A stretch of DNA of 64,000 nucleotides from IMG/VR virus record IMGVR_UViG_3300042691_006355, positions 268 to 64,267 of that record, one strand, 5' to 3'. The number at the start of each line of letters is the position of its first letter. The first letter of the stretch is position 1. The notes under the pieces are model-generated. The model was not told the origin of the DNA and did no database searches. It was given only the letters and a program-made list of their open reading frames with translations. This DNA comes from a virus. Its lineage: Duplodnaviria; Caudoviricetes. This document shows positions 21,301 to 29,518 of this stretch, in pieces. The position numbers and the translations under genes are program-made.

Positions 21301-22882
21301 CGTTTTACAGTCGGTTAAACAGACCGTATCAGTTGCTATAAGCACAGCAATACAAACTGGAACAAGCTTTAAAATATACGCTGGTGAAGAATTTAATAAT
21401 TGGTTAAATACAACTGGAGCCTCTGTAACTAACAGAGGACAGGAGTCATTAACAGCTATTGAGAGTACCAATAAAAAATTAAAATCATTTAACGGAACAT
21501 TTGACAAGGCTATTGACACGTACAAGAACCTGACTCAGTGGCAACTAAAATTGTTTCTATCTAGACCAGATGTATTTGTTGCTAGAGCAGCGTTTAAGTC
21601 TTACTATGAGCAATACTTAAAGAGCAATGGGTATGACGTATCTAAAATAAATTGGTCAACATGGAACGAAACAATTAAAAAAGAAGGTCTCAAAGAATTG
21701 AATGATGCCGCTGTTATATATGCAGACACAATGGTTTCAAGACAGCAAAACGTATCTGATGAAAGACTGGCTGGTGAACTTCTTGCATCTGAAGACTCAG
21801 CTAGAAAATTGATTAGAAAAGCTTTGTTACCTTTTGCATCGTTCAGTATCAACCAAAGAGCTAGACTTGTTGCTGACATTAACGCACTATTCTTAAACTG
21901 GAATAACATATCTCCAGAAGATAAGGCAATTGCAATAAAATCAATTGCTGGTACAACAGCAGAGCAAGGAGTGTTCCAAATGATAAACTTTGGAATTGGT
22001 ATGGCACTTTACTCAATTGCTCAGTCAATGGCAGGTAATGATGACGATGACGAAGAATGGAAAAAAAGAATGCTTAACGCAACAAAATATCCATTGAGGT
22101 CACTTCTTGCTGATATGACATCACCTAACCCATTGGCAGATGATGCAGTAATATTTGGTGCAGATGAGTTGTTGGCTATGTTCGGATCTCCAAGCGAAGG
22201 TGAGATAAAGCAAGCAATAAATGATGAGAAAAAACTAAGAGAGATGCTAGGAAAAGAAATGACTGAATCTCAGATAAATAAATTTAAGGAGCAATACATA
22301 AAAGATAACACGTATCAACTTACTTATAACTTTACAAATAGCGAGGAAGGTAAGTATGGAATGTTCTCAATTGCTGCTGATCAGTATTTAAAATTAGCAG
22401 AAAACTCTGAAATGGCAACTAATGGTACATTTACAGATGACTACATGGGCAACAAGACAACCAAGTACCTAACAGATAAAGACAAGTCACTAGCTAAGGC
22501 TGTGTTTTATGGACTAGAGGTTCCGTATACAACTGGTGCTGGAGTTAAAGAGATGGGTCAAGTTGCAAACAAGACATACTCAATAATTAAAAAGAGAGCT
22601 CTAACTGAAAATCAATATGATACTTACAGGCAGTTTAAAAAAGAATTCAAGAGAGAGCCTCAAGATTGGGAAATTAAAATGATTAAATCAACAAATTCAT
22701 CAAATAAAGCCATAAATGAATTAGGATTCATACAATATATGGGAGGATTAAGTCCAAAACAAGGAGAAGAATACTTAAAAGTATTTAAGAAATTTGGAGA
22801 AAATGGACTAGATGAAGACGACTATAAAATGATTGTTAAAAATAAATCAGCAGACTATATAATTAAGAAAGCCTTAAAATAA
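12305..22882 (+). CDS. Giant polyvalent virion/ejection protein with zincin-like (HExxH) and LPD23-like domains
   Basis: 3525 aa; HEAFH (15950), HDFFGH...GEENAW (17861), TGWERGADKKWRYEIDD (LPD23-like), HEIQH...AGETEARNV (18602). Confidence 0.75.
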   Translation: MEELNSQSSFDRLIDNTTNPPEGLPDGLYTYPGVDALYKKENGQWFKKVGGSSYIQLKDGNVAERIKKLESDAVAVPKKREEIQKFTNIQDFDVIQPVEQYTDIFERKENLLVKPKKEEKPKDIRIVDNDGIKTWQEQKEVKVQQKIDPKTGIPTGPSYFVKYEDITDPARVSKLNESYKEDASTSKDQKVFTGYPGKEGTEYIINEDNLWEVKRPGSDDFLVISTPESVTALNNYFKQKAEIFDDKKAVEIKNKNKETLDLRYRINKVDRKLILGTEENAQEVLERLFPEYEFEQFGIGTDNIRVKSKSNEITISLGSNESDESEALRLRSFLRENAGDIDESRYKAIMLQRKLDAQNKKYYGTFGFSGLQTVLETGKPKELGLEEKTEAAREEFLIDLSSQYKDAYLRTKDKSEKEKNAAFSVLKPKEEEISIINKYADDVLAQGNILIKQKKQVDTDISILESKYKNGLINEDEYNQSITDIKDKLKLISDESNSFQNNLKNVSLSQDLVNKSIAANLLIQKNKGSFVGGIAYSAVDGILSIPRMVAMADKETKDKWIEEIVGVGTTESYVNSDDRWDITKAAFQMSRSLSAMAVGSIGGTYGAYASLYAMSYYEMKDELDQLDISGVSEGDKVLMSGAYGLIGGALENFGLSYLVGKSPLKSALSNAILKNAFSQIPKNASKEMVEAQVIKSTKMMIAKYGITAAGSSLLEGGVEGTQRLAQMGIQEVYDVMKGSDYFNNKSAYEVLGDVAYESYMGFLGGGIVETVQQSGNVLKDGSAAFKDKKQLNLLIDAAKTMGIDKALVSKLKSDILNGNIKKEEAEKQLNAFKEMQGKIKSIPDDMSVDNQAKALDLILERDRLNKEIEGKDPNLVKPQSDRVTEINNSLQELSKQNAVQEPSTEGVLQREQEGVAETGGERGGMEQVVQGEEVTREGKTKAVQEEVVIDKPVIQSNSKTEVDRVKSLSNDAEDGATFNLDGTKYEGKGLIVPVVSKNTTAEELTPEMISDFVEEHKDKIGDNETVKVGIYKFPNSNQVSIDLNILAPESAREQAIEFGKNADQESLFDLSTFENVKTGGTGLNPVQFNNEQFREISKAFKEGRVPDVFAQQPVTQIEEVTITPETSQTVSERINKETDTKRKKVFTAVQKVLSAIPNSRIILHDNTDAFVAGVAKSANITNDQAISQGVQDNRGSYVNGDIHINLEKAGVSTVFHEAFHDLLAKKGLESGALLEMAKGLKSVISDKALKKRLDNFVSNYEQGERAEEYTTELGAIMAEAQRELSTTKFQQFKTLVNKIAKKLGLPVVFSAASTAQDAVDFMNSMSGKLGRGEQIEVGDAIKVDTNELSIKAERIGNFDVSYFEDANDYKKLVENGSVENNYDINKIAGETVAIHQPDNMFVGDLNYKGKNIFKGLGGVFYTLITGNVWASGSETSAKNLTNLINKSLKESTDGIGRLVLVRGSESKMISSTEGVKAAMSIIELLVDKGLINRSEFRSSLIRAGKKFNIDFSGKDSSAAIHKDIKEKFMDVKNSTFQKRGDFFDEVINDLSKTSKSVSEKENIDNIRKELGSKRKISFSKDGIRDSIGYILTERLLQDLPPSHVYAVIEVTEPVTYEERKGHDSYPWVLKSKSKPKLKLLSDRGNAVKDGVFEMIDGSEVTFGKLGLAQSGIGIAKISKQKTKINQIKAQKTEPVAGNKLFNEPLKDAETIAKSYMKSVGMEYVPVEKITKLDENISKRISDAYDKMKNDPNDPQVKKAYEAMAKETLDQYDQILEKGYNVEINNNEPYSSSEDMINDLRDNKRMKIFSTESGFGDEPITEEQRKENPLLRDSGRKDINGETLLVNDVFRFVHDFFGHAKLGNSFGPIGEENAWRVHSEMYSPEARKAMTSETRGQNSWVNFSGVNDAVFKKRDKARELRKQGKVEEADKMVGEVYEEMKFADQKVGLLPDFAFEEGRPSKIKAQIVGKNARLSQDVRDNLQIAREMEDNGKSDKEIRFTTGWERGADKKWRYEIDDNILFVKSRLLNEFKKIDQNNINEININNVISNELIKLYPEIKDVKIIFDPAIKVGNASYNSSTKTISISYDPNLNDLAASLLHEIQHSIQEIEGFAVGTSISKITDSLGEKLISEIESGKDAVIYNKLYSILSGIDTSNKIKLKSGMSKIQALLDKYSIKKYGKTVNASAIDLYKKFAGETEARNVENRMKMTPEERRQTTLQETEDVAREDQIIFFENKIKAQKQSKEDAIQDAKDIHEKSFKRFKDSKRAIANAVNNLEKSDWYRDSDDTQREEAVREIKEFFGEKIKKATSVAKVMGKTKQTAFVSDLAAAIRDQVKLQARSSRETAKDINDRRKALGESIKQVVKSYKGKITEKQLNAINRRIASVNLFNQEMVDRVVDYVNKVMSNAEYAGKVNNAFAERRAIRRMMKSGNMTETVAVAREFVQIDPSMVDDIDTYLEMAAQIRGAVKSSKRVKDSVSLKQIVNFGEAYEYIKPTLERQEEMMKNMRLAEYNDLVDSGVISKDMTLKEINKIINTIRDNADAEIKADEEAAAMDFLKDKLGYIKTLLRISPLKGYNPVTGEQIEISERHSNMINNIIKSNLDDLSLKQMIEMVDSLNNFYENGAVGGLEAAYETILGEQNAKSLEKKGIVARPLKMYFNKKLGQIFGTELTSLNELFNRMFVGAKKGIEVMAKSGFSDIIIGANKARRQIKEIQDRYVKEFEKTKDFFQIENVYERGAFAFLSRNLIGNDAEVKSEFNRRVDLLLESVEALKNGTSKEQEMAKIYEKVLDKMDVKSRDLDTIAGKMESFNKEATQWWINEWSKHYSDLSDVSRSVYNTILGKDINYTPDRYKSTTEGSKLGIDDNIVERNSAFLINTDSITDTNESGVMIASVRPKVLPKGRYVSLDFDMNNVDSLTGALVDINTAGAIRRLDSFFKSKSFKAIVPTIEDRKILTERVNKYIRRSKNKLSVPSDVFRNIDNALNTVSSVGTALGLGGVLQSVKQTVSVAISTAIQTGTSFKIYAGEEFNNWLNTTGASVTNRGQESLTAIESTNKKLKSFNGTFDKAIDTYKNLTQWQLKLFLSRPDVFVARAAFKSYYEQYLKSNGYDVSKINWSTWNETIKKEGLKELNDAAVIYADTMVSRQQNVSDERLAGELLASEDSARKLIRKALLPFASFSINQRARLVADINALFLNWNNISPEDKAIAIKSIAGTTAEQGVFQMINFGIGMALYSIAQSMAGNDDDDEEWKKRMLNATKYPLRSLLADMTSPNPLADDAVIFGADELLAMFGSPSEGEIKQAINDEKKLREMLGKEMTESQINKFKEQYIKDNTYQLTYNFTNSEEGKYGMFSIAADQYLKLAENSEMATNGTFTDDYMGNKTTKYLTDKDKSLAKAVFYGLEVPYTTGAGVKEMGQVANKTYSIIKKRALTENQYDTYRQFKKEFKREPQDWEIKMIKSTNSSNKAINELGFIQYMGGLSPKQGEEYLKVFKKFGENGLDEDDYKMIVKNKSADYIIKKALK
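14994..15146 (+). CDS. Nested 50-aa basic protein in +1 frame of the giant gene
   Basis: MPYKSQAQRAFFNANKKELQKQGVNVEEWNKSSKGKKLPEKVKQKPSKKK*; A-rich leader AAAACAAA-ATG; resembles small phage proteins starting MPF/YKSxAQR. Confidence 0.65.
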   Translation: MPYKSQAQRAFFNANKKELQKQGVNVEEWNKSSKGKKLPEKVKQKPSKKK

Positions 22883-23995
22883 ATGAGTCAGTCTAGCCAC
22901 CTGTCCATTTAACGGGTGGTGTATGAATGCCTCAACTGCCTTTGGTGAGTGCTGGTATCCATTTCTGTGATGCCAGCTGTCAGCAGCTGATGGAGACCTA
23001 AGAGTCTCTACGTTTACAGACATGTAGTCCTTGGATGACTTATGGTGAATGTGGTGACCATATATGTACCTGTGAACACACTTGTGCCAGCTGTCAGATG
23101 CCTCGTGAGCCATTAACAGCGGAAGGTCTTGAACCTTTGCTCCATCCATGTGTGTAGACCCGATCAAGTTTTTACCATAAACGGTATACTTCCTGTGCTT
23201 CATGTCATTATCAAATGTAACGTTGTCGCACTCGCTGAACCACGCCTCAACACACTGTAATAACATAAATCCAGACATGAAGTCGTGATTACTTGGGTTG
23301 AATACAACATGTACGTCAGCTATTGTCATCAATGTCTCTATCACATCAATCAATAGTCTCTTTGCCATTACAAAGTTGTCGTACCACATTCCGTCTGTAT
23401 CCTGCGGTGTTCCAGATGTAGTCTGTCTCTTTGGATTGTCAATGTGAAGTATGTCGTTACCAGCAATAAAAATTACTCTGTCTACATTGTAACCAGAAAC
23501 TCTGTTGATGATTCCATGCATCCCATCCATAACTCTCTGAACAGCGATCTGCTGGTTGTACTCTTCACCAGTCTCAAATGATGATGCAAGCTTACCAATG
23601 TGAACGTCAGCTGGATCAAAGACTAGGCAGTGCGGATCCTTTAGCTTTTCTCTCTTAATCTTCTTGTAAGATGGGGCCCAGTTCTTTATCTCTGAAATTA
23701 GCTCAGACTTAAATTCTTCAAGATCAACGTCTTGAGACTCTCCCTTAACATTAATGCTGAAGTGTTGTCCCTTGTGCCAGTAGTGCTTAACGTCCTCAAC
23801 TGGGATTCCTACTTTATCACACTCATCATAAATAGCTCTATTGTTTTCGTATTTACTAATAGCTCTGCGTACAGTCATCCTATTTCTTTCGCTATCATCT
23901 CCAAAAACTTGTCTAGTTATTTCTGTTTTGTTACTTATACCAGACCTATATAGGTCCAATATCTCCTGGGTTTGATTCGTGACTTTTTTTGACAT
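22874..23995 (-). CDS. Calcineurin-like metallophosphoesterase with N-terminal HTH-like segment
   Basis: DVH, GND, SNHD, HMD and GHHIHH motifs. Confidence 0.85.
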   Translation of the reverse strand: MSKKVTNQTQEILDLYRSGISNKTEITRQVFGDDSERNRMTVRRAISKYENNRAIYDECDKVGIPVEDVKHYWHKGQHFSINVKGESQDVDLEEFKSELISEIKNWAPSYKKIKREKLKDPHCLVFDPADVHIGKLASSFETGEEYNQQIAVQRVMDGMHGIINRVSGYNVDRVIFIAGNDILHIDNPKRQTTSGTPQDTDGMWYDNFVMAKRLLIDVIETLMTIADVHVVFNPSNHDFMSGFMLLQCVEAWFSECDNVTFDNDMKHRKYTVYGKNLIGSTHMDGAKVQDLPLLMAHEASDSWHKCVHRYIYGHHIHHKSSKDYMSVNVETLRSPSAADSWHHRNGYQHSPKAVEAFIHHPLNGQVARLTHLF

Positions 23996-24131
23996 CCTTT
24001 AAAATTTTAATTAAAATATCGATTGTTTTATTTAATTCGTCTATGTCATTATCAACCAACGACTCGTATAATGTGTCAGTCAAGTCGTTGATGTCGGCCA
24101 TCAACACGTTAATGTAAGTTAGTTTACTCAT
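23946..24131 (-). CDS. Hypothetical protein
   Basis: 61 aa; TATCTTTG element just upstream. Confidence 0.55.
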   Translation of the reverse strand: MSKLTYINVLMADINDLTDTLYESLVDNDIDELNKTIDILIKILKDVKKSHESNPGDIGPI

Positions 24132-24168
24132 CTTTTTTTATAACAACAAGACAAAGATAACATTTTAT

Positions 24169-24450
24169 CTATAGGTCTGCAATCCAATTACGAAAAATTG
24201 TACCCATGTTTATGACTTCGTTGTAAAACTCGCTTACCTCTTTGTCATTTTCATAGTCCATTCTTTCATATATCTGATTTCCCATCTTATAAACCTCGTT
24301 AACAAAATCATTTCCAGATTTTTTTACTTGATGCTTATAAAGTTTTGGAAAGTCATCCTTCACGTCTTCCATGAAGTCCATCATGATTGGCAAAATACCT
24401 ACCAAGCACGCCAGCTTTTTCTCTTTCGAGATAGATTTGTTGTTCGTCAT
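24169..24450 (-). CDS. Hypothetical protein
   Basis: ORF track; in operon. Confidence 0.55.
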   Translation of the reverse strand: MTNNKSISKEKKLACLVGILPIMMDFMEDVKDDFPKLYKHQVKKSGNDFVNEVYKMGNQIYERMDYENDKEVSEFYNEVINMGTIFRNWIADL

Positions 24451-24712
24451 AGCTTAAATTATTAAAGTTAAAATTGAAATTTTGATTTAGTAGTTCTTCC
24501 TCACTGAAGTACGTCTCGTCTCTGTGACCTAAAATTTTACTTGTCGGCCTTTCTGTAAACAGCATACTCAACGTGTAGTTCTGTATGCCCATCTTTTTTA
24601 GTATGTCATTTACATGCATACCTTCTATTAGCATCTTTGTGATCTGAACTCTGTTGTCGTTTACGTACATGTTCCTGTCATGCGAATTCTTGTACCGAAG
24701 ATTTAATTCCAT
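24353..24712 (-). CDS. Hypothetical protein, possibly HTH-containing
   Basis: ITKMLIEGMHVNDILKKMGI resembles an HTH. Confidence 0.5.
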   Translation of the reverse strand: MELNLRYKNSHDRNMYVNDNRVQITKMLIEGMHVNDILKKMGIQNYTLSMLFTERPTSKILGHRDETYFSEEELLNQNFNFNFNNLSYDEQQIYLEREKAGVLGRYFANHDGLHGRREG

Positions 24713-24920
24713 GTTCTTTTAGTTCTTTCATTCTGTATACCTGCAAAGGGCTCGGCTTATTTCCTGGCCTCTTTACCTCTATAAATTCAACGTTTGAGTC
24801 TCTTGGAATAGCGATAAGATCTGGTATTCCAGGCTTGTTGGTTTGTACCAGTTTAATGACATAGTAACCCTGTGCCTCAAGCTTCTTTATTATCTTCGCC
24901 TGTATCTGTTGTTCTGTCAT
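24678..24920 (-). CDS. VRR-NUC domain nuclease (Holliday junction resolvase-like)
   Basis: EQQIQ...GIPDL...FIEVKRP...SPLQ motif. Confidence 0.9.
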   Translation of the reverse strand: MTEQQIQAKIIKKLEAQGYYVIKLVQTNKPGIPDLIAIPRDSNVEFIEVKRPGNKPSPLQVYRMKELKEHGIKSSVQEFA

Positions 24921-25137
24921 TGAAGTTGCAGTAATACTTGCTAAGGTACTTTGTTACCTTCTCAAGATTCGCAAATCTAACAAAATTTAATTCAGAATCC
25001 AATACTTTTATTTTTTTTATTATAATAACACCATCCTTGTACTCGTACTCACATATCTCAAGTACCTGTTGATCTGGTGTCTCAAGATCAAACGTGTCAA
25101 CCAACAGCTTGATCATTGGGTCGTTTATCATCTTCAT
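24877..25137 (-). CDS. Hypothetical protein
   Basis: ORF track; in operon. Confidence 0.5.
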   Translation of the reverse strand: MKMINDPMIKLLVDTFDLETPDQQVLEICEYEYKDGVIIIKKIKVLDSELNFVRFANLEKVTKYLSKYYCNFNDRTTDTGEDNKEA

Positions 25138-25236
25138 ACAATCCTGATAATGAGTGACTTATTAAACCATCCAACGATTAACATTCCTTCACCATTAATC
25201 TTACTATATGCCACAACTGGCAACAAAAAAAACATT

Positions 25237-26472
25237 TTATCTTCCATAATCTTTTTTAAAAATATTTAACGTATAACTCTTCTTTGATCTAACAGCCTTG
25301 TATATCTTATCCTCTATGCTTCCTTCTGTGAACACCCAGTATACCTTGTTGTAAAGTCTGTCCATCGTTGTCATCCTGTCCCTAGCCTGCCAGTAGCTTA
25401 CAGCACTGAAGTCAATGCTATAGAACACTAGATAGTCAGCATTTTTTAATGATATACCCTCACGACCAGATACAATCTGTAAGGCAATAGCCTTAAACTT
25501 ACCAGTATCAAACTCATCCAGCTCAGTTGTAAGATCATCTCCATATACCTGCTTAAGTGCGTTCAGCTCCTCCTTAAACTTGTAAAATATACCAATTCTT
25601 GTGGTCGCAAATTGCGACCTTAAAAACTCAGCCTTGAACGTTGATATGACCATAGACTTGCCACTCTCAAACTTTATTGTACCACCTGCTAGTTGGTGCA
25701 TCTTCTGCATCAACTTCGCTGGAGTGTCTGCAAGTATAACCTCATCCTTACCCTCAACAACAAGGTCTCTCTCAAGTTTCTTGCTTATGTTCTTTATGAC
25801 ATCTGGCATGTCAACATACAGTATCTCCTCGTCAATCTCTGTAGAGAAGCCTGCCTCCTTCTGGGTGTATGTTATGATGTATGGAGACACAACAGACATA
25901 ATCTCGTTCTCCTTTCCTCTTGAGTAGTCGTTGACCATTAGGCCATTGATCTTTCTTTGGAACTTGTCTACGTATGTGTCTGCCCACCTGTAGAAGTTGG
26001 CGTACTCTGAGAACGGGTTGTATGGGTGAACCCAAAACTGGTGGTATATCTGAGAGTATGACTCTGGTGTTATCGTACCACTGAGCAGTATAACCTTTGG
26101 ACATCCGCAGTTGATGATCAGCTGCCTAACTTGTTTTGCTCTTAGGCTAGGCTTTGGGAATGCGCTCATGGTGTGCGACTCGTCACATATTATCATGTCA
26201 AAGTCTGATCGATCTATCTTGTGTATGCTCTCGTAGTTAGTGATAACTATATCATGGCCAGGAAGTATCTTATCAGCATCAGACTGAATAGATGACATGG
26301 CTTTCTTCTTAGTTAGAAACAATATAGGACCAACACCAAATTTCCTACATATCTCTAACGATGTGAAAGTTTTACCAAGCCTTACTTCCATGGCCAGACA
26401 TAGTATCTTACTATTCTGTAGTATATCGTAACCTCGGTTAGATATATTAATCTGATATTCTCTCAGTTGCAT
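25237..26472 (-). CDS. SNF2-like superfamily 2 helicase
   Basis: LREYQ, GKT, DESH, SGT, EGISL and QARDR motifs. Confidence 0.9.
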   Translation of the reverse strand: MQLREYQINISNRGYDILQNSKILCLAMEVRLGKTFTSLEICRKFGVGPILFLTKKKAMSSIQSDADKILPGHDIVITNYESIHKIDRSDFDMIICDESHTMSAFPKPSLRAKQVRQLIINCGCPKVILLSGTITPESYSQIYHQFWVHPYNPFSEYANFYRWADTYVDKFQRKINGLMVNDYSRGKENEIMSVVSPYIITYTQKEAGFSTEIDEEILYVDMPDVIKNISKKLERDLVVEGKDEVILADTPAKLMQKMHQLAGGTIKFESGKSMVISTFKAEFLRSQFATTRIGIFYKFKEELNALKQVYGDDLTTELDEFDTGKFKAIALQIVSGREGISLKNADYLVFYSIDFSAVSYWQARDRMTTMDRLYNKVYWVFTEGSIEDKIYKAVRSKKSYTLNIFKKDYGR

Positions 26473-26749
26473 TCTTCATGAGTAATATGCAGTCATCAAT
26501 CTCCATCTGAACATCAATGTAGTGATGCCCATAGAACCTCCTTCTTCCTTCCATCAAGACAGTTATGCTGTACGTTGGCCTGTACCTAAGCAAAGACCTG
26601 TCCATGTTTGACAAAAAGTTAATTGACATCTTAAGGTCGTCTATCTTGTTTACAATAGAGTCGTACTCGCTGTGCTGGTTGTACGTTACCTTAAGCAAGA
26701 GCTCGTAGAACTCTAGCCTGCTCTTTAAAAGTGATTTACATATTTCCAT
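26447..26749 (-). CDS. Hypothetical protein
   Basis: ORF track; between primase and helicase. Confidence 0.55.
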   Translation of the reverse strand: MEICKSLLKSRLEFYELLLKVTYNQHSEYDSIVNKIDDLKMSINFLSNMDRSLLRYRPTYSITVLMEGRRRFYGHHYIDVQMEIDDCILLMKNATERISD

Positions 26750-26751
26750 AA

Positions 26752-29106
26752 CTAAAAGTTTAATTCATTTTGATTATTAGTATTAACAAACTGCACCATC
26801 TTGCCATGTGCGTTCCTAAATATCTTAGGCTTCTCCCCGAACTTGTACTCTCCAAGAGAGTCCATCCACCTGTAGAACCTGTTGTGAGAAAGCTTGTACC
26901 TTCCATACGGACCGTAGTCTGGGTACTCCTCTGTAAACTTGTTGTACATTGACTGACCTGGACTTGCAATGTCAATCTTGATGTAGTCGTTGTCACTTGA
27001 GGTTGCCCACTCCCAAAAGTCAGCAGATGTCTCAGCAATAAACTTGCGTGTCTTTAGGTTCATGAAGTCACAACGTATAAGACCTTTGGATAGGTACATT
27101 TGTAGGTTTGATATCATGTAGTTGTCAAACTTTGACCACTCGTTACTATCCCATCCTGCAAACAACATGTGACCAAACTCAGTCTCTGGAGTAAACATCT
27201 TCGAGTAGTACTGCTTGAACTCTAGGTCCCACTTCCTTCTCTCAAAGCTATTACCTGCACCCTTGATCGCGTAGTTAGTTGTTATGACAATCTTTGGAGA
27301 ACTCTCAAACGGTATATGTATCTCGTCCTTGTTCTTCTTCTCAAGCGTTATTCCCTCAGTGATTACACTGAACAGCCTCTCGAAGTCAAAGTTCTTGCTA
27401 ACGTCATCAAACACTAGTGTCTGAGTGTCAACCTGCACACGTTGGTAAGGGAATGACTTTTGAAAGCTGAAACCTTTACCATCAATTATCACCATCTTTT
27501 TGATGTACGAGATCGACTTAACAAAAATCCCCTTACCCGTACCACCTTCAGGATTATCGCTAATAACCTCATCATTAAGTATGACAGCAGGGCAGTAGCT
27601 AGCAGGCTTGTAACTATGAAGAAGATAACCAATTGTTGACTCCATCGACTGAACGCGGCTCTCGTTGTTACCAGAAATGTTTTTGACAAATCTCTTATAC
27701 TCACAATCATCAATTTTTAATTTATTAAAGTTTCTATTAATCTTCTGTTTCTCCCACACGTATCCACCCAAGTCCTTGTAGTCTATCATCACCGTATCGT
27801 TTGCCGTAACCTTCACAGCGCAGTTGCTGTAGTACAGGTAAGCCTCGTCTATGGTGTCAACCATAAAGTTTGGCTCGACCTTGGCAACATAGTTTAGGAA
27901 TGTCTCTTGGAAGAACTTCGTGTTGATAGCAAAGAAGTTGTACACCGACATGTCGTTTATTCCCATCAAGTAGTCCAACACAAAGTCCTTGATCATGTCC
28001 TCGTTGGTATCGCTAATTATGTTGTCAATGATTCTGACAAAGACAAAGTTGTTTGATCCATTGGGGTAGTACTTGTAGAACCCGTTGCCCTTTAGATAGT
28101 CTCTGAATAGGTGAGGCACAAGATCAATCTTCCCCTTGCTACTCTTGGACCAAAACTCGTTGTACTCCTGCGTCTCTACCATCTCGTTGATTACGTTCTC
28201 GTCAACGTCTGGGTACTGATCCTTAACTTCCTTGATTGGAACACCTCTAAGTAGGTCGTTCTTTATTGATGTTGTCTTGTCAATATCCTCGTAGAACTTA
28301 GTGGCATGCTCGTGTACGTTCTTGTATGCAGACCATACAATTGTTTTCATCTCAGATGCCATATCGCCATCGTCATACGACAGCAACACATCAAGTGCCT
28401 CGTCCTTTGGTATTCCGTACTGGTTAAGTGCTGAGGCAAATATGAATAGGTTATTGTTTCGTTGCCCCTTGACCATCCCGTACTTCTTGTTCCACCACAA
28501 CGATAGCCTTCTTACAACCTCGTTTGAGTCGTTGACTCGTATCCTTGGCTTTGGCTTAACAAAGTCATCGCTGTTGTCCATCTCTACCCAGGTGTCTGAC
28601 AGCTCGTTTACAAATATGTCTGGGTCATAGCTCTCGTAACACACACGTGATATGTTCTTGCAAGACTTGTCAAACTCATCACAGCTGTAGTACTTCTGTA
28701 AGGCGACAAAGTACTTCTTGTGGTTAGATGCGTCCTTTGGAATTCTAACAAGCACCTTGAGTCCATCACCCGATGGTGACGTAAACACAGCGTATGAGTA
28801 CTTGTCGTTACATAGATCCTGTCTCATCTGATACAAAGACTGATCGTCCTTGAACCCATCGAAGTCTATGCATATGAGTCCGCTGTGCTCAATTATAGCG
28901 TTGTCAGCACGTCTAGAAAACTGACCAGAAAATAAAATTGAAGGAAGACCTTTCTTAAGATTGTTGCGTTGCTCCTTGTCCTCGGCAGAACGAATGAGCT
29001 CAACTAGGTCTCTCGATACACCATCTCTAATTCTATCTAATGCAACTAGTACGTCTACGTGGTAAGGCTTGTCAGTTTCATTGATTGATTTAAAGTAGGT
29101 TATCAT
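26752..29106 (-). CDS. Primase-helicase (BT4734/VirE-N-like AEP primase, PriCT, SF3-type P-loop)
   Basis: HSGLICIDFD, FTSPSGDGLK, GQRNNNLF, GGTGKG Walker A; likely start MITYFK at 29106. Confidence 0.88.
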   Translation of the reverse strand: MITYFKSINETDKPYHVDVLVALDRIRDGVSRDLVELIRSAEDKEQRNNLKKGLPSILFSGQFSRRADNAIIEHSGLICIDFDGFKDDQSLYQMRQDLCNDKYSYAVFTSPSGDGLKVLVRIPKDASNHKKYFVALQKYYSCDEFDKSCKNISRVCYESYDPDIFVNELSDTWVEMDNSDDFVKPKPRIRVNDSNEVVRRLSLWWNKKYGMVKGQRNNNLFIFASALNQYGIPKDEALDVLLSYDDGDMASEMKTIVWSAYKNVHEHATKFYEDIDKTTSIKNDLLRGVPIKEVKDQYPDVDENVINEMVETQEYNEFWSKSSKGKIDLVPHLFRDYLKGNGFYKYYPNGSNNFVFVRIIDNIISDTNEDMIKDFVLDYLMGINDMSVYNFFAINTKFFQETFLNYVAKVEPNFMVDTIDEAYLYYSNCAVKVTANDTVMIDYKDLGGYVWEKQKINRNFNKLKIDDCEYKRFVKNISGNNESRVQSMESTIGYLLHSYKPASYCPAVILNDEVISDNPEGGTGKGIFVKSISYIKKMVIIDGKGFSFQKSFPYQRVQVDTQTLVFDDVSKNFDFERLFSVITEGITLEKKNKDEIHIPFESSPKIVITTNYAIKGAGNSFERRKWDLEFKQYYSKMFTPETEFGHMLFAGWDSNEWSKFDNYMISNLQMYLSKGLIRCDFMNLKTRKFIAETSADFWEWATSSDNDYIKIDIASPGQSMYNKFTEEYPDYGPYGRYKLSHNRFYRWMDSLGEYKFGEKPKIFRNAHGKMVQFVNTNNQNELNF

Positions 29107-29318
29107 AGCATTGATTTTAATTTTTGTAAATAAATAACTGCATCCATAAGCTCCTCTTGCAAGTGTGTCATCCAATCCTCAACAGACAGATCATTTCTAT
29201 CCATTGTTGTGTTGTACTTCTTGATCCCTACGGTTGATCTGCTCCGCATTTTAGAGACTACAGCCTCTACTACACTGTCAACCTTTATGTCGGCAGTGGA
29301 TGTTGATTTCCATTCCAT
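29103..29318 (-). CDS. Small conserved phage protein
   Basis: GIKKYNTTMDRNDL...HLQEELMDAVIY motif common in phages. Confidence 0.7.
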   Translation of the reverse strand: MEWKSTSTADIKVDSVVEAVVSKMRSRSTVGIKKYNTTMDRNDLSVEDWMTHLQEELMDAVIYLQKLKSML

Positions 29319-29340
29319 ATGTATTGTGTTTATCGATTAC

Positions 29341-29375
29341 AAAATAAAGCGCACACTGTCCATACCCATGTGCGC
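29341..29375 (-). terminator. Intrinsic terminator downstream of tRNA region
   Basis: Minus strand GCGCACA-13 nt-TGTGCGC followed by TTTATTTT. Confidence 0.55.
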
Positions 29376-29435
29376 AGAGTTTTTACCCTATATGGGGGCT
29401 AACCACAGAACCCTAACTGTAACTATAACTCTAAG

Positions 29436-29518
29436 TAGTCAGGGCAGGACTCGAACCTGCACTAGCCCTGGTATTCACCATATTAAATTAGGACCATGTT
29501 ACATTACACCACCTGACT
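29436..29518 (-). tRNA. tRNA-like element with aberrant anticodon domain (pseudo-tRNA)
   Basis: Acceptor AGTCAGG/CCTGACT, T-arm GCAGG-TTCGAGT-CCTGC, D-like TGGTGTAATGTAACA; 7-bp anticodon stem with 20-nt loop. Confidence 0.7.

Noticed and set aside
20845-21525. 226-aa antisense ORF and other antisense ORFs within long genes
   Set aside because: Shadow ORFs expected from codon bias of the sense gene; no motifs or start context
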